A stretch of DNA of 64,000 nt from Prosthecobacter sp. (GCF_044227185.1 NZ_JBGAFO010000017.1:13117-77116); one strand, 5' to 3'. Shown: positions 18,638 through 29,057, counted from the first letter of the stretch. A program made the numbers and translations. Notes: generated by a model from the letters alone, not told the origin.

Positions 18638-20830
18638 TCAATGATTAAACAAAAACTCCTTCGAGCTCATCAGCCCCCAGAAGATGTCCTCCAGGGTCGT
18701 GCGGCGGTCATCCCCTGAGGCTTTGGCCAGCATGGCGGCGGCCTTGGTGGTTTCACGTTCGGTGGGCAGGCGCGTCAGCGCGATGAGGTAGGCCTCCTCA
18801 ATGATCTTCTCGTTGCTCAGCTTGCTAGTTAGCAGCGCATCCAGGCGGTTGTCTTTTTGTGCCAGCTTCTGATTCAGCGTGTCTCCGTTGGCGATGTGCA
18901 GGGCCTGGGCCATGCTGGGCTCGTTCGTGCGCTCGCACTCGCAGGTGGCCATGCGGTCGGCGCGGCCGAAGCTCTTCAGGAAGTAGCTGGCGATGTTGCT
19001 GTCCGGCAGTTGCAGCGCCCGGAAGCCCATGGGGTAGCTCTCGCTGGTGCCGCGGTTGGCATTGCGCTTGTCGATCTTGAAGGTGGTGGGCGCGGCGGTG
19101 ACCTGGGACACCGTGTCCAGCAGCACCTCGGCTTTCAGACGGCGCGGCACGTAGTGCGAGCCGTAGCGCAGATCGGTGATGTTCTCCGGCTGCGTCACGC
19201 TGCTGCGCTGGTAGGTTTCGCTTTGCAAGATGGTGCGCATGAGCGCTTTCAGATCGAACTTGGCCTTCACCAGATGCTCGCACGCCGCCGCGAAAAGCGG
19301 CTCGTTGCTGGCGGGATTCGTCACGCGCAGGTCATCCACCGCCTCCACAAGACCGGAGCCGAAGAAGTTCGCCCACACGCGGTTCACGATCGCTCGCTGG
19401 AAGAGTTTGTTGTCCGCACCGGTGAGCCATTTCGCCAGCGGCACACGGCGGTCTTCGGTGGAGGTCATGGAGACCGGCGTGGTGACATCCAGCGGGTGCG
19501 GCGGCTGCGGTTTGCCGGTGAGCGGCTGCACCAGTTCGCCATCGGCGGCGGAGAACAGCACCCGTTCCTCGGTCTGCGCTCCGTTCTTGGTACGCACGCG
19601 GGAGAGCATGTTGGCAAAGGCGAAATATTCGTTGTTCGTCCATTTCTCCATCGGATGGTTGTGGCACTTCGCGCAAGCGATGGATGTGCCGAGAAAGGCC
19701 ACGCTGATGGTCTCGGCACACTTGGTGGGCTCGTCATTCAGGATGAAGAAATTGCCCGCGCCGTTTTCCAGCGTGCTGCCCGTCGCCGTGAGAAGGTCAC
19801 GCACCATCACATCCCATGGCGTGTTCGCGGCCACATTGCGGCGGATCCAGTTGTAGTAGGACCACATGGCCTGTGGCATGAGCTTGTCGCCATTCACCAG
19901 CAGCAAATCGCTCCAGCGGTGCGACCAGTAATCCACAAACTCAGGCCGCTGCAGCAGCGCCTCGATCAAACGGTCACGTTTGTCCGCGCTCTTGTCAGCC
20001 AGGAAGGCGCGCGTTTCTTCCAGCGAGGGCAAAACACCGATGGTATCCAGAAACGCCCGGCGCAGAAATTCGTGATCTTCGGCGCGCCCAGAGGGTGGGA
20101 TGTTCAGCGCGCGCAGCTTCGTGAGCACCTGCTCGTCGATAAAATTGCGCGGCTTCATCTGCGCAAATGCCGGTTCATCCACCTTCCCATCATTCGGCAC
20201 GATGACCGTTGAAACCGCCAGCCGGCTCAAATACCACGCGCTGATGGCCGTTTCACCGCGCCCGGTTGTTTTCACCACCCCCTTTTCGTCCACGGTCGCC
20301 ACACTGGCATTCACGCCGTTGTACTTGGTCCAGCGCGTCACGTCCTCGCTGTGGCCGTCACTGAATTTCGCAGTGACCTTGAGCGGCAGCGTCACGCCCG
20401 GCTTTGTCACCAGTTGCTTCGGCTCCACATCCAGCGCGATGATACGCGGATCATCAGCCTTCGGCCCGGGTGCACCCGCGGCGATCCAGTCAGCAATGGC
20501 CTTGTACTCCGGCGAGTTCACCTCAAAACGCTTGTCCCCCTTGTGCGGCACCGCCTTCACAGCCTTCAGCAGCAGCAGGCTGCGCGCCGGATCTTCCAGC
20601 GTCAGACGGCGACCGTTCGCACTGCGCGTCACGGAGATCCAGTCTCCCTCATCATCAAACCCGCGCAACGACAGACGAAAGCCCCCCTGCCCCGCAGCAG
20701 CACCATGGCACGCGCCCATCGCGCAGCCGTAGCGCGTGAGAATGGGCTGGATCGTGTTGCGGAAGGACGGGACTTCCGCCGCTCCTGCGGAAGAAAGAGC
20801 CGCAAAGACAATGAAGGAACGAAGCATCAT
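18638..20830 (-). CDS. PSCyt2/DUF1549/DUF1553 (PSD1) domain protein
   Basis: CAMGACHGAAAGQGGFRLSLRG (PSCyt2) and CAKCHNHPMEKWTNNEYFAF (DUF1553). The start at the MMLRSFIV signal peptide (20830) is preferred over the TTG at 20881. Confidence 0.88.
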   Translation of the reverse strand: MMLRSFIVFAALSSAGAAEVPSFRNTIQPILTRYGCAMGACHGAAAGQGGFRLSLRGFDDEGDWISVTRSANGRRLTLEDPARSLLLLKAVKAVPHKGDKRFEVNSPEYKAIADWIAAGAPGPKADDPRIIALDVEPKQLVTKPGVTLPLKVTAKFSDGHSEDVTRWTKYNGVNASVATVDEKGVVKTTGRGETAISAWYLSRLAVSTVIVPNDGKVDEPAFAQMKPRNFIDEQVLTKLRALNIPPSGRAEDHEFLRRAFLDTIGVLPSLEETRAFLADKSADKRDRLIEALLQRPEFVDYWSHRWSDLLLVNGDKLMPQAMWSYYNWIRRNVAANTPWDVMVRDLLTATGSTLENGAGNFFILNDEPTKCAETISVAFLGTSIACAKCHNHPMEKWTNNEYFAFANMLSRVRTKNGAQTEERVLFSAADGELVQPLTGKPQPPHPLDVTTPVSMTSTEDRRVPLAKWLTGADNKLFQRAIVNRVWANFFGSGLVEAVDDLRVTNPASNEPLFAAACEHLVKAKFDLKALMRTILQSETYQRSSVTQPENITDLRYGSHYVPRRLKAEVLLDTVSQVTAAPTTFKIDKRNANRGTSESYPMGFRALQLPDSNIASYFLKSFGRADRMATCECERTNEPSMAQALHIANGDTLNQKLAQKDNRLDALLTSKLSNEKIIEEAYLIALTRLPTERETTKAAAMLAKASGDDRRTTLEDIFWGLMSSKEFLFNH

Positions 20831-20873
20831 GGATGAAACGTGAGGAAAGGTTTTGGCGGAGAGGCTGCTCAAA

Positions 20874-22253
20874 CTACGCAAACAGCTCCTTGATCGCCTG
20901 CGTGCCGAAATCGACGACCGGATACGGCCGGCCCTGCGGCCCTGGCAGTTCGGTGGTCAGGTCGATGCCCAGCGCCTGATAAATCGTGGCCACGATCTCC
21001 TTGGGCGCGACGGGGCGCTCCGTCGGGTAGCCGCCGATGTCGTCGCTCTTGCCCACCACATGGCCGCCTTTGATGCCGCCACCGGCGAAGTTCACCGTCC
21101 AGCAGTTCGGCCAGTGGTCGCGGCCGCCGGCGGGGTTGATCTTCGGCGTGCGGCCAAATTCGGCGAGGCAGGTGACCATGGTGTCATCCAGCATGCCTCG
21201 CTGGAAGAGATCCTCGATGAGGGCGCTGTAGCCCTGGTCATACATCGGTGCCACGATGTCGCGCATGCCTTCGATGCTGGTGAAGGGCTTCGAGCCGTGG
21301 ATGTCCCAGGTGATCTCACCAAAGACGGTGATGAAGGTATTGACGGTGACGAAGCGCACACCGCGTTCCACCAGACGCCGCGCCAGAAGGCAGCTCTGGC
21401 CGAAGCGGTTCAAGCCGTAGCGCTCGCGGACTTTGAGAGGTTCCTTGGTGAGATCAAAAGCCTCCCGCGCCTGCGAGCTGGTCATGATGCGGTAGGCGGA
21501 CTCAAAGTTTGAATCCATCAGCTTCGCCTGCTCGCTATACTCAAAATTGCGCACACTGCTGTCCACCAGCTCGCGCAGTTCACGGCGCCGCTCCAGGCGC
21601 ACCTCGCCGATCTCCTTGGGCGGCAGCAAATCCGGCACCTTGAAATCCTTCACGGCGGGGTCGGCGTTCAGCACAAAGGGGTCGTAGGCTTTGCCGAGGA
21701 ATCCCGCGTCCTGCCCGTGCGGCATGTTGCCGCCCGTCGGTCCCATCGTCTCCGGCAGGATCACATGCGCCGGCAGGTCGCTGCGGCGGCCTTGCAGAAA
21801 CTCCAGCGCGCTGCCCACATGCGGCGTGTTAACGCCCCCGGTGAAAAGACGGCCTGTCTGCATCATCTGGTGCCCCGTGTCATGCACGGCGGCGGCGGTG
21901 TGGTAGCAGGAGCGGACGAGGCTGAACTTGTCCGCGATCTTTGCATGCAGAGGGAGGATTTCGGAAATCTCAAAGGCATCACTCTTGGTGCGGATGGGCT
22001 TGAAGGGCCCGCGGATCTCGCTCGGCGCATCCGGCTTCATATCCCACAGATCCTGCTGGCTCGGCGCACCGAGATTGAAGATCATGATGCACGCCTTGTT
22101 GCTTTTTTTGGCGTCCACCCGCCCTTCAGCCCGCAGTTTGGCAAATCCAGGCATCGTCAGCCCGATGGCGCCGAGGGCGCCTGCCTGCAGGAAATCACGA
22201 CGCGTGATGCCGTCGCAATTGGTGATGGAGCCTTGACCGGAGAACTTGAACAT
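20874..22253 (-). CDS. DUF1501 domain protein (sulfatase-like) with Tat signal
   Basis: TRRDFLQAGALGAIGL Tat motif. DLWDMKPDAPSEIRGPFKPIRT...LVRSCYH matches the DUF1501 signature. Start placed at MFKFSG (22253). Confidence 0.88.
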   Translation of the reverse strand: MFKFSGQGSITNCDGITRRDFLQAGALGAIGLTMPGFAKLRAEGRVDAKKSNKACIMIFNLGAPSQQDLWDMKPDAPSEIRGPFKPIRTKSDAFEISEILPLHAKIADKFSLVRSCYHTAAAVHDTGHQMMQTGRLFTGGVNTPHVGSALEFLQGRRSDLPAHVILPETMGPTGGNMPHGQDAGFLGKAYDPFVLNADPAVKDFKVPDLLPPKEIGEVRLERRRELRELVDSSVRNFEYSEQAKLMDSNFESAYRIMTSSQAREAFDLTKEPLKVRERYGLNRFGQSCLLARRLVERGVRFVTVNTFITVFGEITWDIHGSKPFTSIEGMRDIVAPMYDQGYSALIEDLFQRGMLDDTMVTCLAEFGRTPKINPAGGRDHWPNCWTVNFAGGGIKGGHVVGKSDDIGGYPTERPVAPKEIVATIYQALGIDLTTELPGPQGRPYPVVDFGTQAIKELFA

Positions 22254-22398
22254 GGTGCGCGTAAGGGTATGAACTGCTTCCACATACATATACGCGACTC
22301 GTGACCTCTTCTAAATGGACGATGCCACTTTGAATTTGGCAAGTTCGAGCGGGCGGCGGCTTGCCGCGCCGGACGGATTTCGTTAAGTTTGTCGCCGC

Positions 22399-23070
22399 AT
22401 GAAGCACGCCGCGCTTTTTTTCGTCCTGGGAATGCTGCTGAGCCTGACGCCGTGGCTTTATAAGGGCGGCTGGACTTGGCTGGTCCTCTGGTTTGCGCTC
22501 GACATGCTGGCGCTCAGCATCGCTTACGCGCGGCGTGATGCCTCGGTGTTTGGCAAGCGGTCGGATGGCACGTTGGCACCAGAACGCGTTCTCTTCTTCC
22601 TGCCCTACCTGCTTTTCACCTGGGGAATGTGGCGCTTGTGCACTTGGCTGCCAGAACCCAAAACACACCAGATCAATGACAGGCTCACGGTCGGTCGCAG
22701 GCTGGTGGGAAATGAGCGCCCCAACGGCATCACCACGATTCTGGACCTGACCGCCGAATTTCCCGAGATAGTGGCCGTGCGAAACGGCATAAGGTACATC
22801 GCCCTCCCGACCCTGGATGCCTCCGCACCCACTCCAGAGGCGCTGCTCTCTGCCATTTGCGGATTGAAGCCTGATGAGCATGTGTTCATCCACTGCGCCC
22901 AGGGTCATGGACGCACCGGCCTCGCCGCACTGGCTCTGCTGCTGCATCGCGGAGAGGCCGGCGGGATCGATGAGGGCTTGACCGTCTTGCGTGATATCCG
23001 CCCGGGCATTGGTTTATCCTCAGATCAAATCGCCTGTCTAAAACAATGTCTGCCGCGCCTTCGACCATGA
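22399..23070 (+). CDS. Membrane-anchored dual-specificity / tyrosine phosphatase
   Basis: N-terminal TM helices, then the CX5R active site HCAQGHGRTG. Confidence 0.8.
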   Translation: MKHAALFFVLGMLLSLTPWLYKGGWTWLVLWFALDMLALSIAYARRDASVFGKRSDGTLAPERVLFFLPYLLFTWGMWRLCTWLPEPKTHQINDRLTVGRRLVGNERPNGITTILDLTAEFPEIVAVRNGIRYIALPTLDASAPTPEALLSAICGLKPDEHVFIHCAQGHGRTGLAALALLLHRGEAGGIDEGLTVLRDIRPGIGLSSDQIACLKQCLPRLRP

Positions 23071-23148
23071 GCAGCGGGAAACATTCCGCCAAAGAAAGGG
23101 TTGTCCTTTCCCGCCACGCTCGTGCTAATCTCCCCTCCTCCCATCCTC

Positions 23149-23697
23149 ATGAAAGCACTCCTCATCACCCTCTCGCTGCTTCTGACTGTCTCCCTCCATG
23201 CGCAAAGCTCCAGCGGTCAGACGACCGGCCAAAACGGCCAGACCGCGCCGCAGGATACGGTGACGCAGGACGGCCTGTGGGACGGCCGCCTGAAGGGGGG
23301 AAACTACATCGTGCGCTGCAATTCCATCATCGCCCTCTCCAAGCACGAATACATCTCCGACGGCGTGGCCCGCGTGGTGGAGGTGAACCTGACGCTGAAC
23401 TCCGCACAGATCATCCGCTTCTATTTCCTGGAGCCCTACAAGCCAGAATCCGGCAGCAGCACGGCAGGCGCGGGCACTCAGGCGCTGGAAAAAGCCAAAG
23501 GCCTGTTTGAGCAGGCGGCCGGGCGCGTCTCCCCGGACCTGGCCACTCCCAAAGTGGTGAAGAACTACCCTGCCTCCACCCACGCCCACACCATCGAGTT
23601 TTCACTCAAGGACGAAAAGACACTGAACTCACTCTTTGGCAGCCTGGAGCGTTCCTTCCGCACCGGCCAGGGACGCCTGTGGAAAGAGCCCCAGTGA
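23149..23697 (+). CDS. Hypothetical secreted protein
   Basis: Signal peptide MKALLITLSLLLTVSLHA at an internal ATG. No family recognised. Confidence 0.6.
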   Translation: MKALLITLSLLLTVSLHAQSSSGQTTGQNGQTAPQDTVTQDGLWDGRLKGGNYIVRCNSIIALSKHEYISDGVARVVEVNLTLNSAQIIRFYFLEPYKPESGSSTAGAGTQALEKAKGLFEQAAGRVSPDLATPKVVKNYPASTHAHTIEFSLKDEKTLNSLFGSLERSFRTGQGRLWKEPQ

Positions 23698-23760
23698 TAG
23701 GAGAGGAAGGGGTGAACCGGGCGCGCTCCGTCCGGTCCACAACCACGGGCAACGCCCGCC

Positions 23761-24876
23761 TCACACGTTGAAGCGCCACTCCACCACGTCGCCGTCGCGC
23801 ATGACGTACTCCTTGCCTTCGATGCGCCACTTGCCCTTCTCCTTCGCCTTCGCGTTGGAGCCGAGCTCCACGAGGTCGTTGAAATGCACGATTTCACCGG
23901 CGATGAAGCCGCGCTCGAAGTCACCATGGATGACGCCCGCGGCCTGCGGAGCCTTCATGCCCTTCTTGATGGTCCAGGCGCGCGTTTCCTTCTCGCCCGT
24001 GGTCAGATAGGTCTGCAGGCCCAGCAAATCGTAGGCCCCTTTGATCAGGCGTGACACGCCGCTGTCCGTGACGCCGATGTCCGCCAGGTAGGCCTTCGCC
24101 TCTTCATCGCTGAGGTCGATGAGTTCGCTTTCGATCGCCGCGCTGACGACCACTGCCGTCGCCTCATGCGCATGGCGCACGTATTCACGCACCTTGCCCA
24201 CGAAGGGATGGTTGTCCGGATCATTGGAGGCGGCCGCCAGATCGTTCTCCGCCACGTTGCAGGCAAAGATGCAGGGCTTGGAGGTGATGAGGAAGAAGGT
24301 CTTCATCAGCTTGCGCTCGTCGTCCGTGCATTCCAGCGTCACGGCAGGCTTGCCGGCGTCAAAGTGGGGGATGAGCTTTTCGCACAGGGCGATCTCCGCC
24401 TTCGCCTCCTTGTCGCCGCTCTTGGCCTTCTTCTCGCTCTTCTCCTTGCGGCGCTGCACGGCCTCCATGTCAGCCAGGATGAGCTCCGTGTTGATCACTT
24501 CAATGTCCGCCACGGGGTCAATCGTGCCGCTGACGTGGGTGATGTCCCCGTTCTCAAAGCAGCGCACCACGTGGACGATGGCGTCCACCTCGCGGATGTG
24601 GCTGAGGAATTTGTTGCCCAAGCCTTCGCCCTGGGCCGCGCCCTTCACCAGACCGGCGATGTCCACAAACTCGATCGCCGCTGGCACCAGCTTTTGCGAG
24701 CCGGAAAGCTTCGAAAGAACGGCAAGCCGCTCGTCCGGCACGGTCACCACGCCGGTGTTCGGCTCGATGGTGCAGAAAGGATAATTGGCCGCCTCCGCCT
24801 TGCGGGTGCGGGTGACAGCATTAAAAAGGGTGGATTTGCCAACGTTGGGAAGGCCTACAATACCGGCTCTGAGCAT
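23761..24876 (-). CDS. ychF: Ribosome-binding ATPase YchF
   Basis: GIVGLPNVGKSTLFNA P-loop and the conserved C-terminal TGS-like region ...AGKIHSDFERGFI-type block (here VIHGDFERGFIAGEIV). Confidence 0.95.
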   Translation of the reverse strand: MLRAGIVGLPNVGKSTLFNAVTRTRKAEAANYPFCTIEPNTGVVTVPDERLAVLSKLSGSQKLVPAAIEFVDIAGLVKGAAQGEGLGNKFLSHIREVDAIVHVVRCFENGDITHVSGTIDPVADIEVINTELILADMEAVQRRKEKSEKKAKSGDKEAKAEIALCEKLIPHFDAGKPAVTLECTDDERKLMKTFFLITSKPCIFACNVAENDLAAASNDPDNHPFVGKVREYVRHAHEATAVVVSAAIESELIDLSDEEAKAYLADIGVTDSGVSRLIKGAYDLLGLQTYLTTGEKETRAWTIKKGMKAPQAAGVIHGDFERGFIAGEIVHFNDLVELGSNAKAKEKGKWRIEGKEYVMRDGDVVEWRFNV

Positions 24877-24974
24877 AAGGGCGGCGAGATTAGGGAGGAA
24901 TGAGAAATGAGCAAGGCGACGTTGCGTCCGATCCCCACATCGGCGAGACTCCGCGCCCTTTTTCCGGCCAACCC

Positions 24975-26117
24975 ATGTCTTTTGAACTCCTCGCCACCGA
25001 TCCCTCGTCCCACGCCCGCCGCGGCCGGCTGACGACGCCTCATGGTGTGGTGGAGACCCCCGTCTTCATGCCCGTGGGCACCCAGGGCACGGTGAAGGCC
25101 ATGCACCCGGACGAGCTGAAAGCGCTCAATTCTCAGATCATCCTCGGCAATACCTACCACCTCTTTGTCCGCCCCGGCATGGAGATCATGAAGGAGGCGG
25201 GCGGCCTGCACGCCTTTGCCAACTGGGACCGCCCTATATTGACAGACAGCGGCGGCTTCCAGGTCTTCTCCCTGGCCAAACTGCGGAAAATCAAAGAGGA
25301 GGGCTGCCACTTCCAGAACCACCTGGATGGCACCCCCATGTTCATCGGCCCGGAGACCTCCATGGAGATCCAGGCCACCCTGGGCTCCGATGTGGCCATG
25401 CTTTTTGACGAATGCACCCCCTACCCCTGCGAGGCCAAAGAGGCGGAAAAGAGCCTCGACCTGACCCTCCGCTGGGCGCGGCGCTGCCGCACCTGGATCG
25501 ACGAACACCGTCCGCAGACTGGCGGCGGCGCGCAGCAGCACTTCGGCATTGTACAAGGCAGTGTCTATAAGGAGCTGCGCGAAAGGTCCGCCCGGGAGCT
25601 GGTGGCCATGGGCTTTGACGGCTACGCCATCGGCGGCCTCAGCGTGGGAGAGCCGGAGGAGGACATGATGCGCATCGCCGAATGGGTTACCCCCCACCTT
25701 CCGGCCGGTCAGGCCCGCTACGCCATGGGCCTCGGCACCCCGCCCCAGGTCATCGAGCTCATCGCCCGCGGCATCGACATGTTTGACTGCGTGCTGCCCA
25801 CCCGCCTGGCACGGAACGGCACCGCTTTCACCCACGAGGGCATGATGAATCTGCGGAATGCCTGCTACGCGAAGGACTTCCGCCCCATTTCCGAAGACAC
25901 CCACCCCCTCTGCCAGGGCTTTTCACGGGCCTACATCCGCCATTTGGTTCAGGCCCAGGAGATTCTGGGTTTGCGGTTGATTTCTCTGCATAACCTGCAT
26001 TTCTACGCGTCCCTCACGTCCAGGGCACGTCAAGCGATCGAACAGGGTTGTTTCGCCGAGTTCCGGGCAGAGGTCATCGCGAAATACAAGTCCCCCACCG
26101 CAGCCACCGAATCATGA
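24975..26117 (+). CDS. tgt: Queuine tRNA-ribosyltransferase (tRNA-guanine transglycosylase)
   Basis: MSFELLATD..ARRGRLTTPHGVVETPVFMPVGTQGTVKAM aligns with the E. coli Tgt N-terminus. LTDSGGFQV block present. Confidence 0.95.
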   Translation: MSFELLATDPSSHARRGRLTTPHGVVETPVFMPVGTQGTVKAMHPDELKALNSQIILGNTYHLFVRPGMEIMKEAGGLHAFANWDRPILTDSGGFQVFSLAKLRKIKEEGCHFQNHLDGTPMFIGPETSMEIQATLGSDVAMLFDECTPYPCEAKEAEKSLDLTLRWARRCRTWIDEHRPQTGGGAQQHFGIVQGSVYKELRERSARELVAMGFDGYAIGGLSVGEPEEDMMRIAEWVTPHLPAGQARYAMGLGTPPQVIELIARGIDMFDCVLPTRLARNGTAFTHEGMMNLRNACYAKDFRPISEDTHPLCQGFSRAYIRHLVQAQEILGLRLISLHNLHFYASLTSRARQAIEQGCFAEFRAEVIAKYKSPTAATES

Positions 26118-26464
26118 CCTTACTCTCCCTCGAAATCGCTCCTCTTCTTCTAGCACAGGCAGGAGACGCAGGCGCCAGCCCGCTTGGCAATCCCATGATC
26201 ATGATGATCCTGATGTTCGTCATCATGTACTTCGTGGCCATCCGCCCGGGCCAGAAGCGCATGAAGGAGCATCAGGCGCTCATCGCCAGCGTTTCCGTGG
26301 GCGACCACGTCGTCATGGAAAGCGGGGTCCACGGCATCCTCACCAGTGTGAAAGACCGCACCGTCATGGTCAAAATCGCCGACAACGTCAAAGTTGAGTT
26401 TGAGCGCGTCAAGATCGCCGCCGTGGCGAAAAAATCTGACGTCGTGGAAGCGACCACCGCCTGA
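26114..26464 (+). CDS. yajC: Preprotein translocase subunit YajC
   Basis: ATGA overlap with the tgt stop. TM helix followed by IRPGQKRMKEHQ..GDHVVMESGVHG..V, the YajC signature. Confidence 0.9.
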   Translation: MTLLSLEIAPLLLAQAGDAGASPLGNPMIMMILMFVIMYFVAIRPGQKRMKEHQALIASVSVGDHVVMESGVHGILTSVKDRTVMVKIADNVKVEFERVKIAAVAKKSDVVEATTA

Positions 26465-26508
26465 GCGGCCCCCTTTTTGATTTTCCCAACCCACCAGCCA
26501 ACCTGTCC

Positions 26509-28935
26509 ATGAATTCCTTCGCCACCTTCTTTGTCGGTGCCACTCTTCTCATGCTGCTGCTCGCCTATGTCGGCACCGCGGTGCATAAGACGAAACGTTC
26601 GGTGGGCACCCTCCTCATCGCTCTCACCGCCTTTGCCGCCATCTACACGGTGAAGGCCATGAAGCTCCAGCTCGGCATCGACCTTCAGGGCGGCAGCGAG
26701 TTCGTGGTTCAGCTCTCTCCGGGCAAAAATGACGATGGCAGCCCCAAGGCCGTGACCCGCAGCGATGTGCAGCAGGCGATTGGAATTCTGGAAAGGCGCC
26801 TCAATCCGGACGCTTCAAAGGATCTGACCCTTCAGCCGGAAGGCAATGACCGCATCGTGGTGCAGATGCCCGGCATCACCGAGGAAGAGATCAAAGATGT
26901 GCGCGACAAAATTCAGACCGTGGCGCATCTCGAGTTCCGCCGGGTGCATCCTGACAGCCAGGCCAAGCTGGAGCAGATCAAGGCCCGCGGCGGCCTCAAG
27001 GAGCCAGGCTGGGTCGAGATGCCCTACACCCCCACCACCGACAAGGATGGCAACGTCATCAAACGGTCCGAACTCGTCCGCGATACACCGGATATCGAAG
27101 GCAAATACGTCTCCAAAGCCTACCGCACCGTCGATGCCCAGGGCAACAAGGTGGCCCTCCAGTTCAACAGCCAGGGCGCCAAGCTCTTCGATGAACTGGC
27201 CGCCGTGCACTTCCAGAAAGAAATGGCCATCATTGTGGACGGTCAGATCCACTCCGCACCGGTCTTGAAGGCCAGGCAGTACGGCGGACACGCGGAAATC
27301 TCCAGCGGCAGCGCCGCCGGCTTTACCGACCAGGAGGCGGACACCCTGGCCACCCTGCTGAGCAATCCGCTGCAAAACCCGATGAAGATCCTCTCGGAGA
27401 GCTCGGTCTCCTCCGCCTACGGCCAGTCCTCCATCGACCAGGGCAAGTGGATCGGCATCGCCGCCCTCGTCATCACCACCTGCTTCATGATGTTCATCTA
27501 CCGCCTCGCCGGTCTGGTGGCGATTGTCGGCCTGGTCATCAACATCGCCATCCTCTTCGGCGCCATGGCCTTGTTCGGCTTCACCCTTACCATGCCCGGC
27601 ATCGCCGGCGTCGTGCTCACCATCGGCATGGCGGTGGACGCCAACGTGCTCATCTACGAGCGACTGCGTGAGGAAATGGAGGCGGGCAAGACCCTCGTCG
27701 GGGCGCTGGAGGCCGCCTATGACAAGGCCTTCTCCGCCATCGCCGACTCCAACATCACCACCCTCATCTCCGCGGTGATCCTGTTCGTCATCTCCGGCGG
27801 CCTGGTCAAAGGCTTCGCCGTCACTCTCATGGTCGGTTTGATCTCCTCCATGATCGGCGCGCTGATCGTCACCCGCGTGATTTTCATGTGGGTGGTGGAC
27901 AAGGGCATCCTTCACAAGATCCACACCACCAAGATCATTCCGGACAAGGTCTTCGACATCCTTTCCTCCGCTCCCAAGTTCATCATCGCCTCCCTCGTCG
28001 TCACGGCCATCTCCTTCGGCACCCTGGCTTACAAGGGCGGCGCAAGCTTCGGCATCGACTTCCGCGGCGGCAGCCGTGTGGACGTGACCGTGGTCAAGGA
28101 CAAGGAAAAGGAAATCCCGGACTCCGCGCTCGACGCCCTGTTCAAAGGGCTCAAGCAGGATGACGGCAAAACGGACATCGGCACCTACTACATCCAGCGC
28201 AAGAGCGACGCCACCGGCGCGGAGAACATCAGCATCCGCTGCGAAGAGCACAGCGGCGCCCCGATTCAGCACGCCATCAACGGCAAATGGAAGAGCGACG
28301 TCGTCGCCGGCACCAGCATCGCCACCGTCGGCTCCGTGATCGGGGACGAGCTCGCCGTGCAGTCGTTCTGGGCCATGCTCGCCGCGCTCGTCGCCATCTT
28401 TGTGTATCTGCTCATGCGCTACGAGGTGGCCTTCGCCCTCGGCGCCATCGTCGCCCTGTTCCATGACGTGCTCATGGTTCCCGGCCTGTGCGTGCTGTTT
28501 GGCCAGGAGCTCAGCGTCATTCATGTCGGCGCCCTGCTCACCATCGCCGGTTACTCCATCAACGACACCATCGTCGTGTTTGACCGTATCCGCGAAACCA
28601 TTCAGAAGGGCTCCGGCGGCAGCATGCGCGATATGATGAACGAGGCCATCTGCAAGACTCTCTCCCGTACCCTCCTCACGGGCCCGACCGCGCTCGCGCC
28701 GATGATCGTGCTGCTCTTCCTCGGCAATCCGGCCATGCTGGAGTTCGCCATGCCGATCACCATCGGCGTGCTGCTCGGCACCTACTCCTCCATCTTCATC
28801 GCCTCCCCGCTCGTGCTCTGGTACGCGAAGAAGTCCGGCACCAGCCTCAAGCGCCAGGTGCTCGATGCTCAAATCGAACGCCTGAAGGCAGACCAGGCCG
28901 TCGCGGCCGCGGCAGCCGCCGGCGGCAAAAAGTAA
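26509..28935 (+). CDS. secDF: Protein translocase subunit SecDF (fused)
   Basis: 808 aa with two 6-TM SecD/SecF halves. Blocks LGIDLQGGSEF and GIDFRGGSRV. Confidence 0.93.
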   Translation: MNSFATFFVGATLLMLLLAYVGTAVHKTKRSVGTLLIALTAFAAIYTVKAMKLQLGIDLQGGSEFVVQLSPGKNDDGSPKAVTRSDVQQAIGILERRLNPDASKDLTLQPEGNDRIVVQMPGITEEEIKDVRDKIQTVAHLEFRRVHPDSQAKLEQIKARGGLKEPGWVEMPYTPTTDKDGNVIKRSELVRDTPDIEGKYVSKAYRTVDAQGNKVALQFNSQGAKLFDELAAVHFQKEMAIIVDGQIHSAPVLKARQYGGHAEISSGSAAGFTDQEADTLATLLSNPLQNPMKILSESSVSSAYGQSSIDQGKWIGIAALVITTCFMMFIYRLAGLVAIVGLVINIAILFGAMALFGFTLTMPGIAGVVLTIGMAVDANVLIYERLREEMEAGKTLVGALEAAYDKAFSAIADSNITTLISAVILFVISGGLVKGFAVTLMVGLISSMIGALIVTRVIFMWVVDKGILHKIHTTKIIPDKVFDILSSAPKFIIASLVVTAISFGTLAYKGGASFGIDFRGGSRVDVTVVKDKEKEIPDSALDALFKGLKQDDGKTDIGTYYIQRKSDATGAENISIRCEEHSGAPIQHAINGKWKSDVVAGTSIATVGSVIGDELAVQSFWAMLAALVAIFVYLLMRYEVAFALGAIVALFHDVLMVPGLCVLFGQELSVIHVGALLTIAGYSINDTIVVFDRIRETIQKGSGGSMRDMMNEAICKTLSRTLLTGPTALAPMIVLLFLGNPAMLEFAMPITIGVLLGTYSSIFIASPLVLWYAKKSGTSLKRQVLDAQIERLKADQAVAAAAAAGGKK

Positions 28936-28976
28936 CCAGGCACTCCTGGCAGGCGGTTCGAGTCCGCACTCTTCAT

Positions 28977-29011
28977 GGCCCGGCAGGCTTCGATGCTTGC
29001 CGGGCCTTTTT
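28977..29011 (+). terminator. Rho-independent terminator of secDF
   Basis: 9-bp GC-rich stem ggcccggca / tgccgggcc (28977..28985 and 28998..29006) with a 12-nt loop, followed by TTTTT (29007..29011). Confidence 0.75.
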
Positions 29012-29057
29012 GTGGATGCCAACGACGCGTCATTCGAGGCCTCCCGCGGCAAGGAGC

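Noticed and set aside
24855-25904. 349-aa minus-strand ORF opposite tgt. Similar cases are 48530..49759 (opposite the SGNH hydrolase), 50435..51451 (opposite the PQQ propeller), 13011..14102, 1784..2650 and 36497..37528.
   Set aside because: All are antisense to genes with strong family signatures and have shadow-frame composition.
28936-28975. tRNA-like T-arm sequence aggcggttcgagtccgcac just after the secDF stop. This could be a tRNA gene or an att-site remnant.
   Set aside because: No matching acceptor stem, D-arm or anticodon arm can be drawn in the preceding ~75 nt, which are secDF coding sequence. The adjacent ccagg-cact-cctgg hairpin has only a 4-nt loop. At most this is a short fragment and is not supportable as a feature.
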